Positions 53,463 to 64,000 of a stretch of 64,000 nt of DNA are shown piece by piece. The position numbers and the translations under genes are program-made. The notes beneath the pieces are model-generated. The model worked only from the letters and a program-made list of their open reading frames with translations, made no database searches and was not told where the DNA came from. Source of the stretch: Candidatus Omnitrophota bacterium (GTDB taxonomy: Bacteria > Omnitrophota > Omnitrophia > Omnitrophales > Aquincolibacteriaceae); the NCBI GenBank assembly GCA_022711115.1, contig JAKLFP010000002.1:15674-79673 (forward strand), written 5' to 3'. Each line of letters begins with the position of its first letter. Position 1 is the stretch's first letter.

Positions 53463-56087
53463 TCACATTCCTTTTTCAATCATATATCCGGAGATGACTT
53501 CTTCAACCTGACCTGCGAACTTCAGGAATTGCCCTTGATCCGGCCCACCTCCCTGAACAAGGTCGTGCCGCCCGCCGCCGCTGATATTAAGAATCGTGGA
53601 TAGCCTATCAAAAAGGTCTTTCATGTCCAAGGACGATTTCTTCAAATCAGCACTTTTGCCGATGATAACATGAAGCTTTGCCTCCTGACAGGTAGCAATC
53701 ACAAAAATAAGTCTCTGACCTTTCTCGCGGAGTATGTCCGAAAGATTCCGGAGAGTGGTCATATCAGCACTCTCAATCATCTCGAGACAGACAAGGCAGG
53801 AACCAGTTTTTTTTGCCTTGGAAAGTATCTTGGAAATATCAGTCTGTGCTAAGGAAACTTTGGAATCTTGTGTTTTTTGTTTTTTAAGATTTTCCATTAA
53901 TTTTGCAATGCGTGCCGGGATGTCTGTAATACCGACTTTAAGCATACGGGAGATCTCGGAGATCTGGTCCTTCAAATTTTGAACATAATGCATGGCTTCC
54001 GTACCGGTTACTGCCTCGATACGGCGCACCCCGCTGGCCACCGAAGACTCCCCCAAGATAATCATCATACCGATTTGTCCAGTGTTGTCGCAGTGGGTCC
54101 CACCACAAAGCTCTTTGCTAAATTCAGGGATACTGATGACACGGACTTTGTCCCCATATTTGTCGCCAAAAAATGCTAAAGCGCCTTCTTTTTTAGCTTC
54201 GTCAAGATTCTTTGAGCCCTTGTGAACCGGGAGATTCTTCAAAATCTGTTCGTTTACGATCCGCTCAATCTTCCGCAGTTCTTCCTGGGTTAAAGCACGA
54301 CCAAAGGAATAATCGAACCGGAAGCGGTCAGCTGCAACCAAAGAACCGAGTTGACGCACTGAATTGCCAAGAATCTCGCGAAGCGCGGCATGCAAAAGAT
54401 GAGTTGCCGTGTGATTGCGCATAACTCCTTCGCGACGATCCCGGTTGACAACAGCGTTTACGGCAAGGCCATTGGATACTGCGCCTTCAAGGATCTCGGT
54501 GTGGTGCAAAAAATATTTGTCTAATTTCTGGACATCGACCACGCGGAGTTTGAGCCCTATGCCTTCGAGCATACCCTGGTCTCCGATTTGTCCGCCGCTT
54601 TCTGCATAGAACGGGGTCTGATCAAGAATGATGTTCGCTTGCTTCCCTTCTTTTTGGTGCCAAAGGACTTTAGCCTTAGTTTCGAGTAATTCATATCCCA
54701 GGAATTGAGTTGCCGGAATGTCGGACGGGATTTTTTCAAGGTCCGATTTTGAAAAAATCTCGGCACTGATTTTGCTGCTTTCTTTAGAACGCATGCGCTG
54801 ATTTTCCATAAGTTTTTCAAAACCTGCGCGGTCGATGTTGAGACCTTTGCCCTGAGCGATCCCTCGCGTGAGTTCTTCGGGAAATCCATATGTGTCATAC
54901 AGTTCAAACACGGTTTCCGCAGGAACTGTTTCAAGCTTTTTCTTTTGATAATCCTCAAGTCGTGATTTCAGGATCTGAAGGCCATCCTCAAGGGTTTTGA
55001 GAAAACGCTCTTCTTCTTGAGAGAGAACCATGCGAATGTTTTCTTCCGCATCACGAAGCTCCGGATAAGCCGTTTCCATAACTTTGATCACTGTAGGAAC
55101 GGCCTTGAATAAGAATGGTTTTGTCAGTGTTTGTTGTGGCACAAACTGGTGGGCCTGCCAAATGGCACGCCGAATCAATTTGCGAATAACATACCCCCGA
55201 CCTTCGTTGGAAGGCACCACCCCATCCGCGCTTGAAAAAACGACAGCGCGCAAGTGATCCGAAATGCAGTAAAGCTTTTTCATCGGAACTTTTTGAGGAT
55301 CAAGGGAAAGTTCTTGGAGAATAGCATGGTGGATCGGAACGAAAATATCGATTTCGAAATTTGAAGCTTTGCCTTGAAGAACACAGGCCAGTCGTTCAAG
55401 CCCCATGCCCGTGTCGATATTCTTATTTTTGAGCGGCACAAGTTTTCCATTATCTTGGCGGTCATATTGAGTGAATACCAGGTTCCAAATCTCCGCAAAT
55501 TTCCCGGAGTCATCCAAGGGTGTTCCCTGAATTGCGGGATTCTGATCAAAATAGACCTCAGAACACGGACCGCAGGGGCCATTGGGTCCTAACGCGGGTG
55601 CGTTCGCGGGCCAGAAATTTGATTGATCGCCGCAGGAATAGATCCAGTCTTTGGGAAGCCCAATCACCTGATGCCAGATGCTAAAAGCTTCCTGGTCTTT
55701 TTCGTGGACGGTAATTCGAAGTCTTTCCTTAGGGATCTGGAGGATTTCTGTCAGAAACTCCCAAGCCCATTCAATGGCCTCTTTTTTAAAGTAATCCCCG
55801 AAAGAGAAATTGCCTAGCATTTCGAAGAAGGAGTGGTGAAAGGGTGTTCGACCGACTTCGTCGAGATCGCCTGTCCTGAGGCATTTTTGAGAGGTTGTCG
55901 CCCTTTTAAGGTCCTTTTTAGCGCCCAAAAAGTATTCTTTGAACTGGTTCATCCCTGCACCGGTAAAGAGCAGTGAGGGGTCATTTTGGGGTACCAGCGA
56001 GTCGCTCGCGATTATTTTGTGAGCCTTCGATTCAAAGAATTGAAGAAAGGCACTTCGCAATTCATTCGTCGTTGTCGGTGTTTTCAT
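53463..56087 (-). CDS. alaS: Alanine--tRNA ligase
   Basis: 874 aa, 'FLQFFESKAHKIIASDSLVPQNDPSLLFTGAGMNQFKEYFLG', and a C-terminal editing/DHHA1 region. Confidence 0.95.
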   Translation of the reverse strand: MKTPTTTNELRSAFLQFFESKAHKIIASDSLVPQNDPSLLFTGAGMNQFKEYFLGAKKDLKRATTSQKCLRTGDLDEVGRTPFHHSFFEMLGNFSFGDYFKKEAIEWAWEFLTEILQIPKERLRITVHEKDQEAFSIWHQVIGLPKDWIYSCGDQSNFWPANAPALGPNGPCGPCSEVYFDQNPAIQGTPLDDSGKFAEIWNLVFTQYDRQDNGKLVPLKNKNIDTGMGLERLACVLQGKASNFEIDIFVPIHHAILQELSLDPQKVPMKKLYCISDHLRAVVFSSADGVVPSNEGRGYVIRKLIRRAIWQAHQFVPQQTLTKPFLFKAVPTVIKVMETAYPELRDAEENIRMVLSQEEERFLKTLEDGLQILKSRLEDYQKKKLETVPAETVFELYDTYGFPEELTRGIAQGKGLNIDRAGFEKLMENQRMRSKESSKISAEIFSKSDLEKIPSDIPATQFLGYELLETKAKVLWHQKEGKQANIILDQTPFYAESGGQIGDQGMLEGIGLKLRVVDVQKLDKYFLHHTEILEGAVSNGLAVNAVVNRDRREGVMRNHTATHLLHAALREILGNSVRQLGSLVAADRFRFDYSFGRALTQEELRKIERIVNEQILKNLPVHKGSKNLDEAKKEGALAFFGDKYGDKVRVISIPEFSKELCGGTHCDNTGQIGMMIILGESSVASGVRRIEAVTGTEAMHYVQNLKDQISEISRMLKVGITDIPARIAKLMENLKKQKTQDSKVSLAQTDISKILSKAKKTGSCLVCLEMIESADMTTLRNLSDILREKGQRLIFVIATCQEAKLHVIIGKSADLKKSSLDMKDLFDRLSTILNISGGGRHDLVQGGGPDQGQFLKFAGQVEEVISGYMIEKGM

Positions 56088-56096
56088 ATGACTTCT

Positions 56097-56594
56097 TCAG
56101 ACTTCATCACCCAGCGGTTCTTTCATGAGTTTTCGTAAAACTTCCTGGGCTATCTGAAAATCGTATCCTTTCCTTATCAGAAAATCATAAAGACGCTTTT
56201 TGCGTTTTGGAGGTTCCAATGTTGCCCAGCCCATCCATTTCATGCGGGCCTGTTCAAGAGCTCGATCGAACTCTTGATCCGGTGTGATCGACTCCAAAAG
56301 TTCATTTCGGATTGCTTCAGGGACGCCGTGACGTTTCAGTTCAAAAGCAACTTTATATTTTCCCGAGGACTTCCCTTGGGTCAGACGATTTACAAGATCC
56401 TTGGCATAGGCATTGTCGTCCAAGATGCCTTGAACGCCCAATTCCTCCAGCACACGGCAAATGATTTCGTCCGGATATCCTTTTTCCGTAAGTTTCTTTT
56501 TCAGTTCCTGACCACTTTTGGGGCTTGCGGCAAGAAGACGCAAGGAAGTAATGGTAGCCTGTTTGTGTTTTTCCTCTGCTTGAGTCTTTTCCAT
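56097..56594 (-). CDS. recX: RecA regulator RecX
   Basis: Position immediately downstream of recA and RecX-like helical repeats ('AYAKDLVNRLTQ...'). Confidence 0.8.
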   Translation of the reverse strand: MEKTQAEEKHKQATITSLRLLAASPKSGQELKKKLTEKGYPDEIICRVLEELGVQGILDDNAYAKDLVNRLTQGKSSGKYKVAFELKRHGVPEAIRNELLESITPDQEFDRALEQARMKWMGWATLEPPKRKKRLYDFLIRKGYDFQIAQEVLRKLMKEPLGDEV

Positions 56595-56648
56595 AGAAGT
56601 GAAGGCATCCCAAATGGCAGCGATCCTTTATCAGGAGGGAGCTTTTTG

Positions 56649-57716
56649 TTAGTCTGCTGCAGCTCCAACCACAACACTTTCCCCGGCTTCGATTTTCTCC
56701 CAGACCTTTTTTTCAATCTCCTCGAGAAGTTTGGGATTTTCCTTGAGGAACATGCGTGCCGCATCTTTGCCCTGGCCGAGCTTTTCACCGTTATAGGCAA
56801 GCCAAGTGCCGGATTTGTCAATAATCTGATATTGGATCCCAAGCTCGACAATATTCGCTGAACGGGAAATGCCTTCGGAAAATAAAATATCAAATTCCGC
56901 CTGTCGAAAAGGTGCGGCAACCTTATTCTTCACTACTTTAACACGCACCCGATTCCCGATGATTTCATCACCTTTTTTGAGGCTCGCAATACGACGGATA
57001 TCAAGTCTCATCGAGGCGTAAAACTTCAGCGCTTTGCCGCCTGGCGTTGTTTCCGGATTCCCAAACATAACACCGATTTTCTCACGGAGCTGGTTGATAA
57101 AGATGATGCACGTTTTGGATTTATTGATAATAGCGGTCAATTTGCGCATAGCTTGAGACATGAGGCGTGCCTGGAGGCCCATCTGGGATTGTCCCATTTC
57201 ACCTTCTATTTCCGCACGCGGGACCAGTGCCGCAACAGAGTCCACAATGATAAGATCCACCGCATTGGAGCGAACGAGCATTTCCGCGATCTGAAGCGCT
57301 TGCTCACCAGAATCCGGTTGAGAAATTAAAAGATCATCGACCTTTACACCGATCTTTTGTGCATATTGAGGGTCTAAAGCGTGCTCCGCATCAATAAATG
57401 CAGCCACCCCGCCTGAGGCCTGTATACGAGAAATAATATTCAGCGTCAGCGTCGTTTTGCCGCTTGATTCCGGTCCATAGATTTCCACGATACGTCCACG
57501 TGGAATTCCGCCGATTCCGGTTGCAATATCAAGACTCAAAGCACCTGTAGGGATTGCAGCGACGTTTTCATGGTGGCTGTCTCCAAGCTTCATGATGGAT
57601 CCCTTGCCGAATTGCTTTTCGATCTGCAGTAAAGTCAATTCAAGGGCCTTTTGCTTCTCCGTCGTTTTTTTTGTTTCGGGTGAAATTGCTTTCTCTGATT
57701 TTTTTCGTTCGCTCAT
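56649..57716 (-). CDS. recA: Recombinase RecA
   Basis: '[19 protein letters not shown]', '[17 protein letters not shown]' and '[17 protein letters not shown]'. Confidence 0.97.
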   Translation of the reverse strand: MSERKKSEKAISPETKKTTEKQKALELTLLQIEKQFGKGSIMKLGDSHHENVAAIPTGALSLDIATGIGGIPRGRIVEIYGPESSGKTTLTLNIISRIQASGGVAAFIDAEHALDPQYAQKIGVKVDDLLISQPDSGEQALQIAEMLVRSNAVDLIIVDSVAALVPRAEIEGEMGQSQMGLQARLMSQAMRKLTAIINKSKTCIIFINQLREKIGVMFGNPETTPGGKALKFYASMRLDIRRIASLKKGDEIIGNRVRVKVVKNKVAAPFRQAEFDILFSEGISRSANIVELGIQYQIIDKSGTWLAYNGEKLGQGKDAARMFLKENPKLLEEIEKKVWEKIEAGESVVVGAAAD

Positions 57717-57872
57717 ATTTTTTCTCCTTAATGAGAACTGATTTTAAAAATTCTATCGAGCATCTTTGTATCTGTAAAGATAATTTCCAGCCATCAAATC
57801 AAACTTTTATTAATTTAATGAAAATTATATATGATTTTTACTTATAATGCAAGAGCGTATTTTTCGCGGAAA

Positions 57873-58502
57873 CTAAAAAAGACGTTTTTCGGTTCCCTGG
57901 CGAAGCCGCTGTATATTAGTACGATGCGTGTAAAAAATGAAACTGGCAAGAACGAGACTAATGGGCAGGAGAAATGGCAGATCCTTGGTTCCCCAATAAT
58001 ACGAAACAATCGCAATGGGAAAGAATACAGCAGCAATCAAAGAGCACAGTGAAATGATGCGACAAAACATAAAGGCAAGCATCCAGATTAAAAATGTGGT
58101 TAAAGTCGGTACCCACGAAATGGCTAGAAAAACTCCAAGAGAGGTCGCAACGCCTTTTCCGCCCCTGAATTTGAGCCACACAGGAAAGCTGTGTCCCAAG
58201 ATTCCCATAAGACCTAGCATGAGCTGTAAAGGCATGGAAAGCTCCGCGCCCCAAAACCGCGGGAACACGCACGCAAACACTCCTTTCAAGGTATCCAAGA
58301 GAAAAACCAGAATTCCCCACTTTTTTCCGACCACACGAAAGACGTTAGTTGCGCCTATATTCTTGCTGCCATGATCACGGATATCAATCCCCCTAACCCA
58401 ACGTGCGATCAATAAACCAAAAGGTATGGTGCCGATGAAATAGGCCATCACTGGAAAATAAAAAAAGATATGGTCTAGAGAAGCAAGCAAGCCCGTTTTC
58501 AT
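57873..58502 (-). CDS. plsY: Glycerol-3-phosphate acyltransferase PlsY. The ORF track extends it to 58943, but the likely start is Met148 ('MKTGLLASL') at 58502.
   Basis: 'GSKNIGATNVFRVVGKKWGILVFLLDTLKG...LGHSFPVWLKFRGGKGVATSLG'. There is a 4-nt overlap with pgsA. Confidence 0.8.
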   Translation of the reverse strand: MKTGLLASLDHIFFYFPVMAYFIGTIPFGLLIARWVRGIDIRDHGSKNIGATNVFRVVGKKWGILVFLLDTLKGVFACVFPRFWGAELSMPLQLMLGLMGILGHSFPVWLKFRGGKGVATSLGVFLAISWVPTLTTFLIWMLAFMFCRIISLCSLIAAVFFPIAIVSYYWGTKDLPFLLPISLVLASFIFYTHRTNIQRLRQGTEKRLF

Positions 58503-59035
58503 TGGATAAATTTGAGTCCTTTCGTGATATAAATAATTCCGGAAATAATAGTAAATGAAACGGTCAGATAAGCAAGCGATTGCGCGACCGACCATTCTAA
58601 AAGGATAAAACATAGAAGAAGCATCTGGCAAGCGGTCGTAAGTTTTCCCCACCAATTCGGCTGAACATCCATTTTGATGGACATAACATTCAAAGCGATA
58701 AAACCAACAAGTAAAAAAAGATCGCGAAAAAGGATCGTGATCGTAATCCAAAGGGGCGGACGATAAGGAAGTGTGCCCACAAAAAGAAGTCCGACATAAC
58801 CACTGATGAGCAATATCTTGTCGGCTAAGGGGTCTAGCATCTTTCCCAATTCCGTACGTTGTTTGAGAAATCGGGCCAGGATACCATCCAGAGCATCTGT
58901 CAGGGAGGCAATGATGAAGATTGCCAAGGCGATGATCCGGCAATTTTCTTTTTCCGGGGCATAGGAAACCAGCGCGATAAAAAATATCGGGGTTAAAACA
59001 ATCCGGAGGAGGGTTAAATAATTTGGTATGCTCAA
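58499..59035 (-). CDS. pgsA: CDP-diacylglycerol--glycerol-3-phosphate 3-phosphatidyltransferase
   Basis: 'NYLTLLRIVLTPIFFIALV...DALDGILAR...GKMLDPLADK'. Confidence 0.85.
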   Translation of the reverse strand: MSIPNYLTLLRIVLTPIFFIALVSYAPEKENCRIIALAIFIIASLTDALDGILARFLKQRTELGKMLDPLADKILLISGYVGLLFVGTLPYRPPLWITITILFRDLFLLVGFIALNVMSIKMDVQPNWWGKLTTACQMLLLCFILLEWSVAQSLAYLTVSFTIISGIIYITKGLKFIQ

Positions 59036-62000
59036 GCAGTAACGGTGTCCGTAGTTTCTTCAGAGGCTTTCAGGGTTTCATTGCCTCCGGGAAGCGACTC
59101 CTCCCCTGCGCGGACTTTCACAGAGACAAGTTTGGAAACACCAGGTTCTTCCATGGTAACCCCATAGAGGGAATCGCCCATCGCTATTGTTTTTCGATTG
59201 TGCGTGATAATGATGAACTGAGATTGATCGAGAAAAGTACCCAGCACGGCCAGAAAGCGATCCACATTCGCTTCATCAAGAGGAGCATCGATCTCGTCAA
59301 GAAGGCTGAAAGGTGAAGGTTTAATCTTAAAGAGGGCAAAAAGAAGCGCCATGGCAGTTAGCGCCTTTTCTCCTCCTGAAAGCAGCGACATATTCTGCAG
59401 TTTCTTTCCGGGAGGACGCACAACAATATCAATGCCGGATTCCAGGGGATGCTCTTCATCAATTAGAAAAAGTTTTGCTTCGCCGCCACGGAAAAGAATT
59501 TCAAAGTATTGTCGGAATGTTTCCTGAACCTGAGCGAAAGTGGTCTCGAAAAGCTCTTTGGTCGTTCGGTTGATTTTACGGATAGCTTCCATCAGCGAAT
59601 CCCGTGCGTCTTCGAGATCCTTCTTTTGCGCTAAAAGGAAATCATAGCGCTGCTTAAGTTCCTCATATTCCTCAATGGCAAGTAAATTGACCGTTCCCAA
59701 GGCATCGACTTTTGTCTGCAAAGCGGCAATCACCTCTTCCGCTGTTTGCAATTCCTCATCCGTAAAGACATAATCCTGAGGATTGAGTTCGGAAAGATTC
59801 AAGCGGTACCGTTGAATCAGACGCTCGCCAACAGTCTTGGCTTGATAATCAAGATCCATTTGCTGTAGAGAAATTTGGTGTTCCTCATCCTGTAAAAGTT
59901 TTTGGCTGTGCAGATCAGCATCCATCTCCTGACGCTGGGATCCCAGAAACGCTTCTTGCGTCTGCTGTTCTTTCCGCAAAAGCTCAAGATCAACATCGAC
60001 GGTGTGTAAATGCTGCTGATACTGAGTCGCTAGATTCATGCAGACCTCTTCTTCGCCATTTAGCTCTTGTTCTTTTGCAGCAATCCGGTCAAGTCCTTGC
60101 GCTAAAAAACTGAGTCGATCTTGGTCCTTCTGGGCATGATGTTCCACAAGACGAAAGGATTCCTGAAGGTGTTTGATTCCTTGGCGGCATTGTTCGGCCT
60201 GAGTTTGCTGAAAATTGACCGCTTGCAAAATTTCGTCACGTTCCGTCGCAAGACGTTCAAACTCTGATTCTTTTTGCTTTTGAAGATCGCGAAATTTGTT
60301 CTCCTCTGCTTCCTTCTGGGCAAGTTCGGTTTGAAATTGCTCCTGAAATTTATGAACCTGCTCGGTCTCACGGGAAACCTCTTCGATTTCGGAACTTGAG
60401 ATCTCGAGTTCTTTTTGAAAGGATTGAAGGCGTTCCTGAATATTGCGTTTTTCAGCAGCGAGAGATTCTTTTCCTACGAGAAGCTCCGTCTTCATTTGTT
60501 CGAATTCCTGGAAACGGGATTTCATCTTCTCCAGTTCCGTTGTCAGCCGACCGATCGATGATTCCTTTTCTTGGATTTCCGCAGCCAAGGATTCTATTTC
60601 CTCCTGCAGATGCGCCATTTCCGTATCGCGCGAAAAGAAGCATTGATCCCGATGCTGATCGTTCCAGAAATAAAGGCGACGATCCATGCTAAGGATCAAA
60701 CCATCCTGAGAAATGATATCGCCGCATTCAGAAAAACTGAGCAGCATTTTGAGTTCTTGAACAGGAAATTGAGACGAAATGAACACATTCTTTAAATATG
60801 GAAGGACAGCATCGGCATAGTCTGCGTTTACGTCAAGAATCTCCGAAAAAGCTTTAAGCCCAAGGGTTTTATAATATTGAACGACTTCTTCGGGCAATTC
60901 TTTTTGATGAGAAATTCCCTTGATGAGAATTCCTGCCGTTTGCGTCTTTTTTTCCTGAAATTTCTCAATTAAGGAACGAGCGGTAGAAATGTCATTTGCT
61001 ATCAGCGAATGAGCAAATTGTCCGAGGACGATGTCTGCGGCCCACTCGTATCCTTCATGGACGGTTAATACCTCTTTAAGATCATGCACCAGACCCGGTA
61101 AATACTGGACAGATTCTTCGAGAAATTGCGGAAAGGAATCAGCGCTGACTTGCTCAACCTCTGCAAGCGCGTGAAGCCGGGACTCTTTTTCACGAAGCAC
61201 CAAACGCAATTCGTGTTCTTTTTTTCTAAGTTCGGCCATTTCAAGATCTGCAGCATTGATTTTATTTTCATCCGCCTGACAGGAAGCTATTAGCTGCCTC
61301 AAATCCGCGTCCTTTGCCCCAAGGGATGCGATACAGGTTTTCAGTCTCTCTTCCCAGGAAACAAGTTGATCTGTATAGCGTGCGGCATTGGATTCTTCCC
61401 GTCGATGCTGTGACTCTAGATTTTCATTCAGCGCTTTATAGCGATGAAATTCATTGCGCGTGCGAGTCGTCGCCTGTGCTGCTTCGAAAAATTCTTTACG
61501 AGCAGATTCAAGCGCACTTTTGGCCGTCGCAATAAGGGTTTCATGTTGTTGCAATTGAAGGACGACTTGATCCAGTTTTGTCTGAATCTCCGCACTTTCC
61601 GCTTCCCTCATTTTCAAAAGGGCTTGAATCTCGGATTTTTTTTCTCCGCTAGCTGAAACGGACTGCTTGAGCTGGTCTTGCTCTTGGAACAGTTGCCCGC
61701 GCTGCTGTGCAAGCTCCACACGTTTGTCCCGTATAAACTGAAGTTTTTGATCATTGGTCTCGATTTGAGCCAAGGACTGATAACGTTCCCCTTCTTTAAC
61801 ATGACAACGCTGTCCAATCCCGCGGACACGGCTTTCTTGTTCTTCGATACCTTGATGTTGTTTTTGGATTTTTTGTTCAAGAAAAGTGAGTTGGTCTTTT
61901 TTTGTTTGAAAATTTTGTGTCAGCTGAAGTTTGTTCTGCTCGATTTGACGCTGCGCATGAAAGGCTCGCTTAATTTCAAGATTTTTCAAGCGCTCAAGCT

Positions 62001-62652
62001 CTTGCTTGTATCGTTCGGCTCTCTTGGCCTGGCGCTCGGCGTACTGAATATTCTTCTGAACTTCAAAAACAATATCATTCAGGCGCTTCAAATTCTCCTC
62101 GGTTCGCTCAAGCTTGCGAATCGATTCATCTTTTTTAACTTTATATTTGGCAATGCCGGCAGCTTCCTCGATTAAGAACCGGCGCTCTTCGGGGTCTGCT
62201 TTGAGGATATAATCAATACGTCCCTGTTCGATCATCGAATAAGAGGAAGAGCCGATACCCGTGTCCAGGATCAGATCCTGAATGTCTTTAAGACGGCAAA
62301 CCGTTTTATTGAGCAGGTATTCACTCTCACCCGTACGGTAAAGGCGCCGTGTCAGAGTAACTTCATTATATTCAATCGGCATGCCGCGATCACTGTTGTC
62401 AATCGTCAAAGAAACTTCGGCAAAGGCAAGTGGTTTGCGTACTTCGGTTCCGTTAAAAATCACGTCTTCCATCGTGTTGCCGCGAAGAAGTTTTGCGCTT
62501 CTTTCTCCGAGCACCCAACGGATAGCGTCTGAGACGTTGCTCTTACCACACCCATTGGGTCCGACGATACAGGTCACCCCATGGTCAAAGGTGATATCAG
62601 TCTTATCCGCGAAAGATTTAAATCCGAGTAATTCGAGCTTTTTAAGGCGCAT
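59032..62652 (-). CDS. smc: Chromosome segregation protein SMC
   Basis: 'MRLKKLELLGFKSFADKTDITFDHGVTCIVGPNGCGKSNVSDAIRWVLGE', long coiled coils, and a C-terminal 'LSGGEKALTAMALLFALF...LLDEIDAPLD'. Confidence 0.95.
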   Translation of the reverse strand: MRLKKLELLGFKSFADKTDITFDHGVTCIVGPNGCGKSNVSDAIRWVLGERSAKLLRGNTMEDVIFNGTEVRKPLAFAEVSLTIDNSDRGMPIEYNEVTLTRRLYRTGESEYLLNKTVCRLKDIQDLILDTGIGSSSYSMIEQGRIDYILKADPEERRFLIEEAAGIAKYKVKKDESIRKLERTEENLKRLNDIVFEVQKNIQYAERQAKRAERYKQELERLKNLEIKRAFHAQRQIEQNKLQLTQNFQTKKDQLTFLEQKIQKQHQGIEEQESRVRGIGQRCHVKEGERYQSLAQIETNDQKLQFIRDKRVELAQQRGQLFQEQDQLKQSVSASGEKKSEIQALLKMREAESAEIQTKLDQVVLQLQQHETLIATAKSALESARKEFFEAAQATTRTRNEFHRYKALNENLESQHRREESNAARYTDQLVSWEERLKTCIASLGAKDADLRQLIASCQADENKINAADLEMAELRKKEHELRLVLREKESRLHALAEVEQVSADSFPQFLEESVQYLPGLVHDLKEVLTVHEGYEWAADIVLGQFAHSLIANDISTARSLIEKFQEKKTQTAGILIKGISHQKELPEEVVQYYKTLGLKAFSEILDVNADYADAVLPYLKNVFISSQFPVQELKMLLSFSECGDIISQDGLILSMDRRLYFWNDQHRDQCFFSRDTEMAHLQEEIESLAAEIQEKESSIGRLTTELEKMKSRFQEFEQMKTELLVGKESLAAEKRNIQERLQSFQKELEISSSEIEEVSRETEQVHKFQEQFQTELAQKEAEENKFRDLQKQKESEFERLATERDEILQAVNFQQTQAEQCRQGIKHLQESFRLVEHHAQKDQDRLSFLAQGLDRIAAKEQELNGEEEVCMNLATQYQQHLHTVDVDLELLRKEQQTQEAFLGSQRQEMDADLHSQKLLQDEEHQISLQQMDLDYQAKTVGERLIQRYRLNLSELNPQDYVFTDEELQTAEEVIAALQTKVDALGTVNLLAIEEYEELKQRYDFLLAQKKDLEDARDSLMEAIRKINRTTKELFETTFAQVQETFRQYFEILFRGGEAKLFLIDEEHPLESGIDIVVRPPGKKLQNMSLLSGGEKALTAMALLFALFKIKPSPFSLLDEIDAPLDEANVDRFLAVLGTFLDQSQFIIITHNRKTIAMGDSLYGVTMEEPGVSKLVSVKVRAGEESLPGGNETLKASEETTDTVTA

Positions 62653-62753
62653 AAACGTTCGTGATTTTGAAAGGCCCTATTTCTAAATAAGTTAATTTCT
62701 TGATATATATTTCGGCAGATAGGGGTACTGTCTGAAGAAATAAAAAGGTATGA

Positions 62754-63995
62754 TTACTCCTGAAATGCCTTGAAAGCAATACAGGCATTATGGCCACCAA
62801 ACCCGAGCGAATTTGATAAGGTGATGCGTACATGGCAGGATTGAGCTTCATTGGGGACATAATCAAGATTACAGTCCGGATCCGGATTTTTATAATTGAT
62901 GGTCGGCGGAACTATCTGGTCACGGATGGCAAGCACGCAAGCGACGCCTTCTACAGCACCCGCAGCACCCAGCAAGTGTCCCACCATCGATTTGGTGGAA
63001 CTAATCTTGACTTTTCGTGCCACACCTTCTCCCAATGCTTTTTTGATGGCTAAAGTTTCCACTTTATCATTGAGAGGCGTGGAAGTCCCATGGGCATTGA
63101 TGTAGGAAACTTCTTCGGGTTTTATGTTCGCATCCTTCATCGCATTGATCATGCAACGGGCTGCGCCTTCGCCACTCGGATCCGGAGCGGTAATATGACT
63201 GGCATCTGACGTCATGCCATAGCCGACGATTTCCGCATAGATTTTAGCGCCACGTTTTTTTGCGTGTTCCATTTCTTCCAGAATCATAATACCGCATCCC
63301 TCCCCCATAACAAATCCGCTGCGGGTTTTGTCAAAGGGCCTTGAAGCGGTCTCCGGATGTTCATTGTGAGTGCTCAAAGCCTTCATAGCATCAAAGCCGC
63401 CGAATCCGAGATTGGTAATGCAAGATTCCGTACCGCCGGCGAACATCACATCGGATTCATTCCTTTGAATAAGTTTAAACGCATCACCAATGGCATTCGA
63501 GCCGGTAGCGCAGGCCGTTGCGACACAATTACTCGGCCCCTTGAGGCCGAGCGCTATCGAGATTTGGCCGGGAGCCATGTTGACGATGAGCATCGGGATA
63601 AGAAAGGGCGAAATCCTGCCCGGCCCTTTTTCCATCATGACGCGATGTTGCTCTTCAATGACACGAAGCCCGCCGATTCCGGATCCCACCAAAATGCCGA
63701 TGCGATAAGGATCCTCTTTGGAAAGATCTAATTTAGAATCTTCCAAAGCCATTTTAGCGCATGCGATGCCAAATTGAACAAAGCGATCAGATTTTTTGCT
63801 GTCTTTGGCAGTCAAGTATTTCAGCGGATCAAAGTTTTTGACTTCGGCAGCGACTTTGGAGTTAAATGGAGCCGCATCAATCTGAGTGAGAGGTCCTGTC
63901 CCACTTTGTCCCTTCAAAAAACCTTGCCAGGTCTCCTCAGCTGTATTAGCCAGGGGTGTAACCAAGGCTACACCCGTAACGACGACACGACGCAT
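62754..63995 (-). CDS. fabF: 3-oxoacyl-ACP synthase II
   Basis: 'MRRVVVTGVALVTPL', an active-site Cys in 'ATACATGSNAIG', and 'HGTSTPLNDKVE...GHLLGAAGAVE'. Confidence 0.95.
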   Translation of the reverse strand: MRRVVVTGVALVTPLANTAEETWQGFLKGQSGTGPLTQIDAAPFNSKVAAEVKNFDPLKYLTAKDSKKSDRFVQFGIACAKMALEDSKLDLSKEDPYRIGILVGSGIGGLRVIEEQHRVMMEKGPGRISPFLIPMLIVNMAPGQISIALGLKGPSNCVATACATGSNAIGDAFKLIQRNESDVMFAGGTESCITNLGFGGFDAMKALSTHNEHPETASRPFDKTRSGFVMGEGCGIMILEEMEHAKKRGAKIYAEIVGYGMTSDASHITAPDPSGEGAARCMINAMKDANIKPEEVSYINAHGTSTPLNDKVETLAIKKALGEGVARKVKISSTKSMVGHLLGAAGAVEGVACVLAIRDQIVPPTINYKNPDPDCNLDYVPNEAQSCHVRITLSNSLGFGGHNACIAFKAFQE

Positions 63996-64000
63996 AAAGA

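Overview
The window is dominated by one uninterrupted plus-strand reading frame (113..28234, 9,373 codons from the first TTG; first ATG at 140). The frame has no stop back to position 2, so the gene may start upstream of the window. The predicted giant protein is multi-domain. It has three clusters of hydrophobic membrane-spanning helices (nt ~2200-3700, ~19090-20660, ~22320-23180), a long Leu-rich alpha-helical repeat region, a ~1,100-residue beta-rich adhesin-like region, and Pro/Thr/Ala-rich linkers. It carries an embedded SecA-like ATPase motor with NBD1-PPXD-NBD2 arrangement (nt ~16700-18560) recognisable by the motifs 'GTGEGKT', 'MDEVDSIAID', 'VHQAIEVA', 'ITFRQF' and 'TIGTNILGRGKDFKL'. 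Near the C-terminus it has candidate metallopeptidase motifs ('HESIH', RadC/JAB-like 'AHTHHEVQDPSDLD' and 'LLHNHPT'). A 474-bp AT-rich spacer follows. The rest of the window (28.7-64 kb) is entirely minus-strand conserved housekeeping genes: yqeY, a MoxR/DUF58/DUF4381/BatA/BatB(+TPR, poly-Q tail) aerotolerance-type operon, dnaK, a sigma-54-dependent two-component pair (PAS histidine kinase and NtrC-family regulator), hisI-trpE-trpG-trpD-trpC-trpF, an S4-domain protein, an ABC-F ATPase, a TPR lipoprotein, hisF-(small membrane protein)-hisA-hisH-hisB-hisD, alaS, recX, recA, plsY, pgsA, smc and fabF. The batA-batB junction contains a perfect 83-bp tandem direct repeat (2.16 copies) with an internal stem-loop. 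The batB poly-Q tail is encoded by a ~66-bp tandem coding repeat. A sigma-54-like -24/-12 element sits upstream of dnaK, next to the sigma-54 activator gene. No rRNA, tRNA, CRISPR array, transposase or integrase genes were recognised.
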